DNA of 26,235 nt from Parachlamydiaceae bacterium (GTDB lineage Bacteria > Chlamydiota > Chlamydiia > Chlamydiales > Parachlamydiaceae). The position numbers were made by a program, and so were the translations under genes. The stretch spans positions 1 to 26,235 of the forward strand of contig PLSG01000414.1 in NCBI GenBank assembly GCA_003164155.1, written 5' to 3'. The notes below the pieces were generated by a model. That model was not told the origin of the DNA. It did not search any database and worked only from the letters and a program-made list of their open reading frames with translations. Of the stretch, positions 6,844 to 16,530 are shown one piece after another; position 1 is the first letter of the stretch; each line of letters opens with the position of its first letter.

Positions 6844-9660
6844 TCAATCGCTATTCAAATGATCGACGTATTTAGGATCGGCATAGAAATCAAACCAATG
6901 CGTTGGGTTGTAGCTTTTGGATTCATAGCGCGATTGATCTGCATTTTTGATAGGCATTATAGCGGTGTTCTTGCAGCTATCCCAAAATTGCTGAGCTTTG
7001 TCCCCTGCTTTATCGTTTAGGCGGCTAAATGTCCCCATTAGCTGATCTTTCGCATATTGACCTTTCAAACTTTCCTGTTCCTGTTTGCAATGTTGCTGAT
7101 GCTCATTGAGTTGACTGGAGACTTTTGCATCTGTTGATAAATATTGGTTGTTCACCTCCATTCCATTTTCTTGAGTAGAACCAAATTGAAGTCCTGAGTT
7201 TTGGGCTTTAGCATGTGTGGCATTTTTGAGGTCTTTCCATGTATTTTCTAGATTGGGCGAACTAAAGGAAGAAGAGCCCGGTTCTTTAAAGCTTTGCAAG
7301 CTGCCTATGTCTGCTTGGCATTTTTCAGCAATAAAGGTGTCCCGAAGATTTTCAAGTTCCGATCTTGAGCCTGGATCGAATAGCGTGGATAATTTTCCGC
7401 TCTGGTTCAGCCAATTGGCAAAATCCGTATTTAAGTTAGCGTTGACGCTGCTTGTATGGCTTTGTACATAACTTAAATTTTCTGATATCTGATTTAAATC
7501 GCTCATAGAACTGCTGCATTGTGACTGCGCTGAATGGAGTTTTTCCATCGATGAGGCATAATTTTCCACGTAGCGCATGCCTTCATCAGTCATATTATTT
7601 GTAGATTCACTGTGAGCGCAACTCAAAGCTCGCTGATAGTGTTCCTGGAAATCTTTTGAGCAAACTATACTTTGAGCTGATTGTTGAGATTCTTCCGATA
7701 AGGCATTGATGTTTTGGTTATGGCCGCCTTGAGCAGAAACTCCCAAGGTCCAGCCTAGGCCGCAATTTGCAAAATATTCAAGACTTTCCCTGCTGCTTAT
7801 TCCATTTTGCTTTCCCCAAGTTTCTGCGGCATTTTTTACCCAATTTGCACTCTCTTGCGCGGCTTGCGTTTCGCTTGTGCTATATCCGTTGGAATACATC
7901 TCGGATTGGGAGACGTGCTGCACAATGTCTGCAATATTGCGTGAGGCTGTTCCGGTAGTCTCAGTATATAATTGTTGTGAAGAGTCCACTTGAGTTTGGG
8001 CGCTTTGTTGGGCATTTTGCAGTTGCTGGCTGTAAGCTTCGGCGGTTTGGATGCTAGAATTGAGATGCGAAGGGTTTTGATTTGCGGTGATTGATTCACT
8101 GCCATAGGTGATCGAATGCGTTCCATGGTTATCTGTAAAAGCTCCAGCCGATAGAGATGGGGAGGTATTGTGCTGGAAAGCACTGTGGTTATCGTATGAA
8201 AACTGACCCATACTGGCATTAGCAAAAGAGTAGTTTCCTGTGCTCAGCTCAGTCGCTGCGGCCGTCGCAGCTGATTGGGCAGGGCTCATTAATGAGCTTG
8301 CGACGTGCACGAGAGATTGTAAGTTTTGCAGGAGATAAAATGAAATCACAGGAACAGATAGAGATAAATAGCCTCCCAAAGCCGCTGCGTCATAGGCTAG
8401 GTCTTGAAAGCCTGCACTTGTAAAAAGACTATAGCCATTGGATAGCCCGCCCATCACACTGTAAGCATATTGGCTTGTATAAATCATCGTGATGTAATTG
8501 ATGATGGCATATAGGGGAGGCCATAACTGCACCCAAATATTTAGAAAAATCCAACTTGAAATGAACTTTATCCCTCCAGGAAGCAACGAAAGTGGTATGA
8601 TGAGAGCAAAGGTAGCGTAAATTAAGCCTTCGATCACAACCTTGGTGGTTACAAGGCTGCTGCCAGCTAAGGCTCCAGCCGTTTGATACATACTGCGTTG
8701 GTTGTCCTTGGCTCTTTCAGCCGCAAAGCGCGTGGTGGAATTATGGAAAGCATTCACTACGATCATTTGCTTGCATAATTGATCTTGAGTAGCCAATAGA
8801 GGGGACTCTTGGTTAGAGAAGTTAGCGCTAGCCATTTGATTAGCTGTTTTTTGTTCTGCCGTTTTCTGGAATTTAAGCAATGTTTGGTACGAAATGGGCA
8901 AATTCTTCAACATTTCATGTTTGATGTAGTAGTCAGCTTCGCGTTTAAAAAGAGGTTCCATCACACCTAAAGCTTCCTTGCAAGTGAGGAACTGGGCGCT
9001 TCTATCCTTGTTCTCTGGATCAAAGTATTGGATCATGCGGACATTGCTGGTGTTCTTTTTAAAAAAATTCAATAAGTCTGCTGATCTGCGCATATCGTCT
9101 ATAGAATAGCGTCCAAGGGCCACATCGTAGACGATGCATTGTTGGGTGAATTGATTTAAATTTTGGGCAACTGTCCCGTTATTTAATCGTAGACGTGAAA
9201 AATCTAGCGCAGCGTCAGCTCCAAAAACCATCCCTGTTTGGCTGTATTTGACGTCGTCAGGAGTATGCATGACTCTTTCAATAGCTGTTGTCATTTCATA
9301 GCCTAAGAAGCTCGACAAGCTGGCGATTTTAGCAAAAAAAAGCGGCACTTTATCTACCACTAAGGGCTTATTCGAAAGTTTATCCACTATATGCACACGC
9401 GCCTGCGGGATAATGAAAAGCGTGGGGATAACGAGAAGCGGAAGGAAGTATTTTGTTAAAAAAGCATCGGAATAAGCTTGGAAGAAGCAGCGCGAAATTG
9501 TCCAAGCTCCGCCGATCATAGCCACCATGACACAAATTGGATAAACGAATCCCCCACCTCCATTGCCATAAAAAAGCATTGAAATGGCTACAAAGACCAT
9601 TCTCAATAGGTCTCCCCCGCCATAAGTGATAACCTCTATATTTTCATTAAACATCGACAT
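6844..9660 (-). CDS. traG: Mating-pair stabilisation protein TraG (F-type)
   Basis: N-terminal EVITYGGGDLL, multiple TM segments (WIFLNIWVQLWPPLYAIIN) and a long Ser/Gln-rich C-terminal region; 938 aa. Confidence 0.93.
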   Translation of the reverse strand: MSMFNENIEVITYGGGDLLRMVFVAISMLFYGNGGGGFVYPICVMVAMIGGAWTISRCFFQAYSDAFLTKYFLPLLVIPTLFIIPQARVHIVDKLSNKPLVVDKVPLFFAKIASLSSFLGYEMTTAIERVMHTPDDVKYSQTGMVFGADAALDFSRLRLNNGTVAQNLNQFTQQCIVYDVALGRYSIDDMRRSADLLNFFKKNTSNVRMIQYFDPENKDRSAQFLTCKEALGVMEPLFKREADYYIKHEMLKNLPISYQTLLKFQKTAEQKTANQMASANFSNQESPLLATQDQLCKQMIVVNAFHNSTTRFAAERAKDNQRSMYQTAGALAGSSLVTTKVVIEGLIYATFALIIPLSLLPGGIKFISSWIFLNIWVQLWPPLYAIINYITMIYTSQYAYSVMGGLSNGYSLFTSAGFQDLAYDAAALGGYLSLSVPVISFYLLQNLQSLVHVASSLMSPAQSAATAAATELSTGNYSFANASMGQFSYDNHSAFQHNTSPSLSAGAFTDNHGTHSITYGSESITANQNPSHLNSSIQTAEAYSQQLQNAQQSAQTQVDSSQQLYTETTGTASRNIADIVQHVSQSEMYSNGYSTSETQAAQESANWVKNAAETWGKQNGISSRESLEYFANCGLGWTLGVSAQGGHNQNINALSEESQQSAQSIVCSKDFQEHYQRALSCAHSESTNNMTDEGMRYVENYASSMEKLHSAQSQCSSSMSDLNQISENLSYVQSHTSSVNANLNTDFANWLNQSGKLSTLFDPGSRSELENLRDTFIAEKCQADIGSLQSFKEPGSSSFSSPNLENTWKDLKNATHAKAQNSGLQFGSTQENGMEVNNQYLSTDAKVSSQLNEHQQHCKQEQESLKGQYAKDQLMGTFSRLNDKAGDKAQQFWDSCKNTAIMPIKNADQSRYESKSYNPTHWFDFYADPKYVDHLNSD

Positions 9661-10315
9661 TCTTGAGCTGTGCCTCCATATATTTGAAAAGCTCTAGGAT
9701 GTATGCTTTTTCTTCTGGTTGAATAAGGCGCCTATAAACGCGATATTGATATGTGCGGATCTTTCCCCCACCGAAATCCAAGATCCAGCAAATCGCATGC
9801 TTTTGATAATGGTTAGCCTGGTATATGACAGGCCCTGGATTGTTCTCGTCAGAGAGCTCTTGTTGACAGAGAAAAGTTTCATAGCAAATCGTATTTTCAT
9901 CGTTGGGAATCATTAGCAAAGGACATGTGTATTTTACTTTTTTGAGCTTCTCGCTCCCATGCGTAGTTACTGTTGCAGTCAATTTTTCAGCCTTTGATTT
10001 GGCAATCGAAAATAGGCTGCTTCCTGTATTTTGGGTTTTTTTGTTGTCTTTGAATCTCGAAAGAGCAAAACTGTGTTCTGGATTATTCTTATTTTCATGC
10101 TCAGGACTATAGGCACATAAGATTTCGCCCTCGTTGTCTTCTACAGGGACTAGGGTTCTTTTCCATTTTTGATCCGGTGTATCAAGGGCTTTTTGGATAA
10201 TTGCATCAATTTGGTTGTTTTGTTTGCCATAGGTCACGAACATATCAAAAAAGGCTTCCGTTCTGGATGTGACTGCTAAAAATAAAAATCCAATGATTAG
10301 GCATAGGTTTTTCAT
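9647..10315 (-). CDS. Secreted hypothetical protein between traH and traG
   Basis: Signal-peptide-like MKNLCLIIGFLFLAVTSRTEA. GAGGAG lies 7 nt upstream of ATG 10315 (track start 10330). The 3' end overlaps the traG start. Confidence 0.8.
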   Translation of the reverse strand: MKNLCLIIGFLFLAVTSRTEAFFDMFVTYGKQNNQIDAIIQKALDTPDQKWKRTLVPVEDNEGEILCAYSPEHENKNNPEHSFALSRFKDNKKTQNTGSSLFSIAKSKAEKLTATVTTHGSEKLKKVKYTCPLLMIPNDENTICYETFLCQQELSDENNPGPVIYQANHYQKHAICWILDFGGGKIRTYQYRVYRRLIQPEEKAYILELFKYMEAQLKNVDV

Positions 10316-10326
10316 GTGATTTCTCC

Positions 10327-11682
10327 TCAATCAATTAAAATTTGTGAGTTGATTTGCTTTTCTAAAATCTGCATTTTCTCAATTAACCGCATCTCTAAAT
10401 CCAAAGCCTTTTGTGTGCGGGATTCATATCCTTGTACCAGGGAACGAACCCTCTCCAAGCTTTTCATATATGCATCAGTTTCTGTGGAGTAAGCGCTAGA
10501 AAGTCTAAGCTGCATGCATCCTTGCATAGCAGTTTCTATGGCTTCGGCAATGACTTGTGCAAGCACGTCCCAAGCGACAATATCAGCTATGCTTTGGAAG
10601 TCAAATGGACAGGGTTTGCCTTTGCGATATGCGGTTATCACATTGACGAATTTGTATAAGGGCAATCTGGTAGTGGCTAATAGCCCTTTCTCTTCATCGT
10701 TGAGAGGTTCATCGTGAATGGCTTTATTCTGCATGCTTACAAGCGTTTTGCGAATTCGTGCAAACCAGCAATTTTCGGACGTTAAAATTTCATCTTTTTC
10801 CAAAACGGTTAGGCATTGCTCGGAATCTTTGCAGACGTACTTAACGATTTCTCCGCCTTCGATAATGCGTTGTAAAAAATCGCTGTTTTCTGCTTTTGAT
10901 GGATAGTGGCGTGGCGCGCCTTCTTTTTCGGCAACTACAACAGTTCCTAAAAGGGTCATGTACATTTCCGCTAAATCCTTGTTTTGATTCCCTTGAAACA
11001 AGGGATGAAGGTGCAAGACTTTCCATGTGAGGTTATATTCTCCGCTGAGTGGCAAAAATTGCTTAACTGAATCTCGCGTTCTATTATCTTGTATAGTCCC
11101 TCCACATTTATGACGCGCTTCTATATGGTCTTTAAAAATTTGATTGGTCGTTCCTATTGATTGACAAATGTGCTGGCTGGCCATCTGGTTGGCTGGCCAG
11201 ATAGAACCGATGAGTCCAGCTGCTGTTTCACAGCTATTGATGCCCAGGGCATTCATAGTGTTCGCCCAGCTTTGCATTTGCCGCATGGTATTTGCAATTT
11301 GAGGAGAGACCGTTTCTAAGCCCAACATAAATGCATAACCTGTGGCGTTAGAGGCTACAGCCTTCATCGTTTCTACAATTTGCTTGCCGCTGATGAAAGA
11401 AAATCCGCCGGTATAAATGTCTATGCCGCCACAGCCCGCTTGGATATTGGGAAGATGCGCATTAACAAAACGCGTGGTTTTAATGGGAGAGCGGACAACC
11501 ATACCACCACCTCCGCTATAATATCCGGCCGCTTGGCTTTTATAGAGCAAATCGCCTTGCGAGACATGTACGTCAGCTCCTGTTGCCTTAAAAAGGCGTT
11601 CTGGCACCGTATACACCTTATCGCCAGCGGAAATATAATCAGAGAGGAGGATGCAGAAGCATACAAAACAAATCCTTACCAT
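10327..11682 (-). CDS. traH: Pilus assembly protein TraH
   Basis: Signature AGCGGIDIYTGGFSFI, FMLGLETVSPQI and NSCETA. Confidence 0.95.
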   Translation of the reverse strand: MVRICFVCFCILLSDYISAGDKVYTVPERLFKATGADVHVSQGDLLYKSQAAGYYSGGGGMVVRSPIKTTRFVNAHLPNIQAGCGGIDIYTGGFSFISGKQIVETMKAVASNATGYAFMLGLETVSPQIANTMRQMQSWANTMNALGINSCETAAGLIGSIWPANQMASQHICQSIGTTNQIFKDHIEARHKCGGTIQDNRTRDSVKQFLPLSGEYNLTWKVLHLHPLFQGNQNKDLAEMYMTLLGTVVVAEKEGAPRHYPSKAENSDFLQRIIEGGEIVKYVCKDSEQCLTVLEKDEILTSENCWFARIRKTLVSMQNKAIHDEPLNDEEKGLLATTRLPLYKFVNVITAYRKGKPCPFDFQSIADIVAWDVLAQVIAEAIETAMQGCMQLRLSSAYSTETDAYMKSLERVRSLVQGYESRTQKALDLEMRLIEKMQILEKQINSQILID

Positions 11683-12431
11683 GAATCCTTCTCCTGAAAT
11701 TGTAGGATGACGTTGTCCTCGATCTGGCTGATCGTCTCCATGCCAAACGCCAGAGGCGTGGCTTTTCTTGTCGTATGATTGACAGCAAAAAGAGCTGGGA
11801 AAGTGTTTAGCTCCATTTCATGCGCTATCTCTGTGTCAGCTATTGACTGAGGGAATTCGCGCAATATTATGCCATCGATTGAAATCGGTTGAACATCCCA
11901 GTCATAGTCCAATGAAAACTGTTTGACAACTGTTCCAAAGGCCTGAGAAAAGGGGTGCCTTCCTTCGTAGATGAATAGCAAGGAGGAGCTTTTGGCCAAT
12001 TTGTTAATCAGCTTTTTGCGATTTTCATAGTCGAAAGCTTTTTTTACTTGGGCCCCATATTGGGTTGTAGGGGAAAGTTCTGCTAGTTCGGGATGCTCTA
12101 AAATCACCCTTTGCCAGGTATAGGCAAAATTTTTAGCTTGATCTACCCACTTCTTCTGCATGCTTATATAGGCCACGATATTTTCATCAGAGGGTTCTAA
12201 AATAGCTTTTGATAAAGAGCGTTCAAGGTCCTCTTTGGCAATAGCCAGGACTACCTTGGGGTCTTTGGAAATTTCTAACTTTGGTTCTTTGGGTTTTTGA
12301 GGTTCCAGGAAATCATGGTACCATGCCCATCCTTCACCGCATCGATCCTTCCAAGGTAGCGGTTGGCTAGCCATCACCATAGCTTTGCTGGAAAGCATCA
12401 AGAAAAATGAAAATATCCTAAAAGAATGCAT
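11676..12431 (-). CDS. traF: Pilus assembly protein TraF (thioredoxin-like, no CxxC)
   Basis: GWAWY motif, LERSLSKAILEPS..NIVAY, V.PISIDG and PALFAV; lies between traN and traH. Confidence 0.92.
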   Translation of the reverse strand: MHSFRIFSFFLMLSSKAMVMASQPLPWKDRCGEGWAWYHDFLEPQKPKEPKLEISKDPKVVLAIAKEDLERSLSKAILEPSDENIVAYISMQKKWVDQAKNFAYTWQRVILEHPELAELSPTTQYGAQVKKAFDYENRKKLINKLAKSSSLLFIYEGRHPFSQAFGTVVKQFSLDYDWDVQPISIDGIILREFPQSIADTEIAHEMELNTFPALFAVNHTTRKATPLAFGMETISQIEDNVILQFQEKDSW

Positions 12432-14047
12432 CAGGAATTTTCCTCCAAACGCATTTTGAGGCGCTCTTCAATTTTCTTGATCTTTTCACTGCTATTGACA
12501 TGCGGGGGTAGATCAAAAGCCTCTGTGAGATTGAGCGTGGAAAAATCTAATTTTTTGATTTCTTTTTGTGTTAAACCTCGGCAGTCGGGGGTTTCAGCGC
12601 TTCCCCAATCTATTCCCAGCTGTTTTCTGGCTTCCTCTTGAAAAATGCGCGCGAGCTTGGTAGGAAATACACAAAAAACATGGTCGCTGTGACTGGTCCA
12701 CAGATCTAGAAATTTTTCTTTTTTAACTCCCAGGTAATGGCTAAGACCTTTTTTCTGACTTTCCATTAAAACTATTTCATCTGCGGTGCATTTGCTGAAT
12801 TTAAGTTTTGTCATTAGCCCATCCATCTCAAAGCAGCAGTCATACATCACATCGTTGACAATGCTTTTGCCGCATTTCTGGGTGTTTCCTTTAAATAACT
12901 GCACATGCCTCACATCTGGGGCTTGCGAGCCTTGGAGTTCTTTTTTCATTTCGTCAAACACTGCCAATTTTGTGGTGACATCAGGGAGCTGTTTATTTGG
13001 TTGATAGGAAGTTGTTTCCCATAGCTTTGGATCAGCTCCATATGCATCCTTCAATTCTCCCGCAGCTTGTGGACTGCGCGTGATGCATTGGAATACTTTC
13101 TCCCAGGCCACGCATTGCTTCTTGTGTTCCTGTATACATATTTCTTGTGTCAATATGCAATGTTTTTCTTTAAGAAAATCACAAGCGATTTGGTGTTGAT
13201 ATCGACACTTCATATTGTACGACTTGATCCAAAAGGGACGTTTGACTTTTCGCCCTTCGATGAGCCGCGTTTCCTTTTTTCCATTTTCTATGGACACCAG
13301 AGTGCAATCAATATTGTCGAGCAGTTCTTTGTTTTCCATGTGCCAAACATCCAGCTCTTCCCATTTTTCTTGTGAAATTACTCTTTCTTCCTCTACAAAG
13401 ACATTGCAAGGCTCAGCATCTTCTACGTGTGTCCAATCGCTAATGATAAAATCTCTATGCCACATCCCTTTTTCTTTGATGGACACTTTAAAGCTTTTGA
13501 TGGTGGGATCAGCTGCAAAAGCGCGTTCTTTGGTGGCCTTATCATCCTTTGGATGCGAACTTTTTTCTTCTTTGTGATGCCCGCGGCAGATTTTGACCTT
13601 TTTTTTATTCTCTGGTGTATATTTAACTTCCACAGATAGCACGTTATGCAGAATCACAGAGGATAACGCATTTTTAAAGAGGCATTTTTCAGTAGTGCTG
13701 TGCTCCTCTTGCTTATTTGCAGGAGGTGTTTTGTTAGTTTCCAAGATTTTGTCGCTGTGAGACACCAAGGCAGTTATCTCAGGATCCACGTTTGACGCTA
13801 AATCATCAAAGCTTTGATAAGCATTCGTCAATACATCGGTATGTGCTTTTTTTTCGTCAAATTTTTGCCCACGCAAAGCTTCAGGGGTAATGGCTTGTAC
13901 CTCTTGTGGGGATAGTTTAAAGCTTGAGGTGGCGCTTTTACCTAACGATTGGCCCTGTTTTAGGTATCCTTTTTGGCTTTCATTAGCGCAAAGGGGATGT
14001 GCCATCAATAGAGCAGCAACACAGGCTTGACAGCATCTAAACAGCAT
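12431..14047 (-). CDS. traN: Mating-pair stabilisation protein TraN
   Basis: Cys-rich, with C-terminal LFKG...CGK...DCC and FCVFPTKLARIFQEEARKQLGIDWGSAETPDCRGLT. An alternative start at 14005 would remove the signal peptide. Confidence 0.93.
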   Translation of the reverse strand: MLFRCCQACVAALLMAHPLCANESQKGYLKQGQSLGKSATSSFKLSPQEVQAITPEALRGQKFDEKKAHTDVLTNAYQSFDDLASNVDPEITALVSHSDKILETNKTPPANKQEEHSTTEKCLFKNALSSVILHNVLSVEVKYTPENKKKVKICRGHHKEEKSSHPKDDKATKERAFAADPTIKSFKVSIKEKGMWHRDFIISDWTHVEDAEPCNVFVEEERVISQEKWEELDVWHMENKELLDNIDCTLVSIENGKKETRLIEGRKVKRPFWIKSYNMKCRYQHQIACDFLKEKHCILTQEICIQEHKKQCVAWEKVFQCITRSPQAAGELKDAYGADPKLWETTSYQPNKQLPDVTTKLAVFDEMKKELQGSQAPDVRHVQLFKGNTQKCGKSIVNDVMYDCCFEMDGLMTKLKFSKCTADEIVLMESQKKGLSHYLGVKKEKFLDLWTSHSDHVFCVFPTKLARIFQEEARKQLGIDWGSAETPDCRGLTQKEIKKLDFSTLNLTEAFDLPPHVNSSEKIKKIEERLKMRLEENS

Positions 14048-14982
14048 TGTTTTTTAACCCACAGTAAATAGACAAAATCATCATCTCCTCCTCCTGGATA
14101 CGTTTTACCTGTGCCCCATAGCATGTCGCTTTTTCCAAGTGCATGGCAAGCCCCGCTGGTTTGCGGAATCGGCTTTACAATCTGCGTTTTGTATAGGCTT
14201 TTTTTTATAATGGGCATGATGCGCGGTTCGCAAAAATCGGTGTCTTCGTAGCCCTTCACAATCCCCATTCGATGCAGCTTGGCCAGGCAGCGATGTATAA
14301 GCAACGAGCTTGCTTGTAAGGGGCCGACTGTGTGCGATATAGTCCCTCCGAATGGATAGAGAGATCCTTGACATCCTCCGCACCAAAAAAGCTTGTCAAT
14401 TGGCTTATCCAAAGAGGCGCTTGTGCAATCAGCGATGCAGGCCAACTGAGCCAATGGGTTGCCAAACAAAATGGCTTCAGGACTGAAAATTTGCTGGAGG
14501 TCATCGGCCCCCCACAGCGGATCGAATTCGGACATGTAAGCCACATCGATCTCGCCTCCTTCAATGCATGTGAAGTCCGTGAGAATCCCCAAGATGGCTA
14601 ATATAGGGAAGACATAATAGTGCACATGGTAAAAGCTGGTAATGGACTGCGTTTCTTCAATGATCCCGACAGATCCTCGATTTTTAACACTTTCAGATCC
14701 GAGTTTTATGCCCCCTAGGCCGACTAACTTATAAGCATGCCTGGTCACATCGATCATGCGGGCGGGTTCCCAAAAGGTGATGGGCACTCCAACCTTGGGC
14801 GGAACGCCTGCGCATATGCAGATTGGGGTATGGTAGTGTGCAAAATCCTTTTCCTTGGGGGTAATGTTAATCCCTCCCAAAGTAATGGGAAAAATACACT
14901 CCCAGCATACATCTGTGATAGGATTAATCATGGAGGCGTGGACTTTAACAAAAGCAAAAATCAAGCCTAGAAAATATCTCAA
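14005..14982 (-). CDS. traU: TraU
   Basis: NPITDVCWECIFPITLGG, FWEPARMIDV, YMSEFDPLW, LFWCGGCQGSLYP and C-terminal KKQCC. TTG start overlaps the trbC stop. Confidence 0.95.
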   Translation of the reverse strand: MRYFLGLIFAFVKVHASMINPITDVCWECIFPITLGGINITPKEKDFAHYHTPICICAGVPPKVGVPITFWEPARMIDVTRHAYKLVGLGGIKLGSESVKNRGSVGIIEETQSITSFYHVHYYVFPILAILGILTDFTCIEGGEIDVAYMSEFDPLWGADDLQQIFSPEAILFGNPLAQLACIADCTSASLDKPIDKLFWCGGCQGSLYPFGGTISHTVGPLQASSLLIHRCLAKLHRMGIVKGYEDTDFCEPRIMPIIKKSLYKTQIVKPIPQTSGACHALGKSDMLWGTGKTYPGGGDDDFVYLLWVKKQCCLDAVKPVLLLY

Positions 14983-15545
14983 AATCTTTTCCTCAATGTT
15001 TTAGCCATTGCGGTTTCCCCCTGTGAAGCCATTTTTTCTAAAGCAAACTCTAGGGAGACATTTCCCTTTAGCTTATCAAAAAGATCTCCTTCGCTAACGA
15101 CAAAACTGGGTACGGCACTTATTTGAAAGCGCGTAAATAGGCGTGGGTCTATTTGGACAGTGGCCTGCATGCCTTTTTTTCTAAGCGCGTGGAGTTTTTC
15201 GGCCAACTGGTGAAAGCTATTTTCAGGTAGTCCACGCAATACAAAAACACCTGCGGATTTTTCGAGCTCTTTTGACAAAGTCAGCCATGCTTCATCAGGC
15301 AAGCCAAAGCTAACAAACACGTAAAGAGATGTCTGAGGATCTGCAGAAAAGCTTTCAGAAAAAACACATTTTTTCTTAAGGAGATCTTCCGCCAAAAGCT
15401 TGCCGCTGTCATAGAAATCGCCATACTCCACTTTAAGCTCTGCAATTTTTTGTCTTAACAGGTCTTTAGCTTGTAAGGCATCGGCAGAGTGGTCCACAGC
15501 CAAAAGCGAAAAGGGAAAAAGTAGCAAGCAGATGATTAAGAGCAT
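14979..15545 (-). CDS. trbC: F-type pilin assembly protein TrbC
   Basis: LYVFVSFGLP, FVLRGLP and IDPRLFTRFQISAVPSFV. Confidence 0.92.
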   Translation of the reverse strand: MLLIICLLLFPFSLLAVDHSADALQAKDLLRQKIAELKVEYGDFYDSGKLLAEDLLKKKCVFSESFSADPQTSLYVFVSFGLPDEAWLTLSKELEKSAGVFVLRGLPENSFHQLAEKLHALRKKGMQATVQIDPRLFTRFQISAVPSFVVSEGDLFDKLKGNVSLEFALEKMASQGETAMAKTLRKRF

Positions 15546-16120
15546 GGAATTTCCTCTACCTTGAGTTTGTCTTGTGCTTGCGATACTTTAGCCGGCAAAG
15601 CTCGAATGCCCAATTTTTTGGTTAGATAGCCTCCTTGATCAAAGTAGACGGGTCGATTTTCTGTTTTTTCAATGGCTAGGGGCGCACCGGACGTTAAAAT
15701 CCACTTTCCATTTTGGGTTTTTGCCCAGGCCAATTGCCCTGCGTCATTGGAGTCAAAAAAGAGTAAGTTTTCGTTGAGCTTGGCAGTGTCCAGCGGATTG
15801 ATTTTTGTGCCTTTGGGGATAATGATTTTGCCTGCTTGATCTGTGATATTTGTTTGCAGGCAAATCGTTGGATCAAAAGCAAAGATTCTGATTTTTAAAG
15901 CCTTTGGCAGGTTAATACCTAAGGGCTTTTCTATTTTTTCTATCAATACATTTTGGATCTCATGGCATTTTTGTGCATCCCAATGCGCGTTATTTAGGCG
16001 TTTTTGCAGCATTAAGAGCAGATCTTCTTCGGCAATCGAAAACGTATGACCATAGTTACCCACGTCTTTAGCTTCCAGGGTTGCCAAAAAAAAGAGTACA
16101 AGAGTTAGTAAATAGGGCAT
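15536..16120 (-). CDS. traW: TraW
   Basis: KDVGNYGHTFSIAEEDLL, FDPTI, GTKINPL, VYFDQGGYLTKKLGIRALPAKV. Confidence 0.93.
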   Translation of the reverse strand: MPYLLTLVLFFLATLEAKDVGNYGHTFSIAEEDLLLMLQKRLNNAHWDAQKCHEIQNVLIEKIEKPLGINLPKALKIRIFAFDPTICLQTNITDQAGKIIIPKGTKINPLDTAKLNENLLFFDSNDAGQLAWAKTQNGKWILTSGAPLAIEKTENRPVYFDQGGYLTKKLGIRALPAKVSQAQDKLKVEEIPCS

Positions 16121-16530
16121 AGCTGTTCCTTGATAGCTTTTAGGGGTACAAGTCCAAAAAGCGAATATCTGGAATCAAAACTGTCTGCGCTGCATCCTAA
16201 AGCAAAGAAATATCCTTCCGGAATGAATCCAGTGCAGGTATAGGGGATTTTGCTGGAAGCTCCCTTTTCGCCTTGTGGAATGCCATTGATATAGACCATG
16301 CCCTCAGATATACTGAAATAGTCTCCTGGAAGTCCTGCCACGACTTTGCAAAAGGTCGCTTTGCTTTGAGGCAGCTGAAAGGTGACAATTTTGGTTATCG
16401 CAATATCTTTTGCTGGTTTGGCCAAGTAAAGCCAGTGAGGCAAACTGTGACTGGAATTTACTTTCAAAGCATAGCCGAAAAAAAGCGCCGCTGTAACCAA
16501 GGCGTAGAGTCCACATATTGCCCACTTCAT
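16105..16530 (-). CDS. S26-family conjugative signal peptidase (TrhF/TrsF/TraF_P-like pilin maturase)
   Basis: N-terminal TM, catalytic Ser region NSSHSLP, Lys in FCKVVAGLPGD, and SFDSRY. Confidence 0.9.
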   Translation of the reverse strand: MKWAICGLYALVTAALFFGYALKVNSSHSLPHWLYLAKPAKDIAITKIVTFQLPQSKATFCKVVAGLPGDYFSISEGMVYINGIPQGEKGASSKIPYTCTGFIPEGYFFALGCSADSFDSRYSLFGLVPLKAIKEQLCPIY

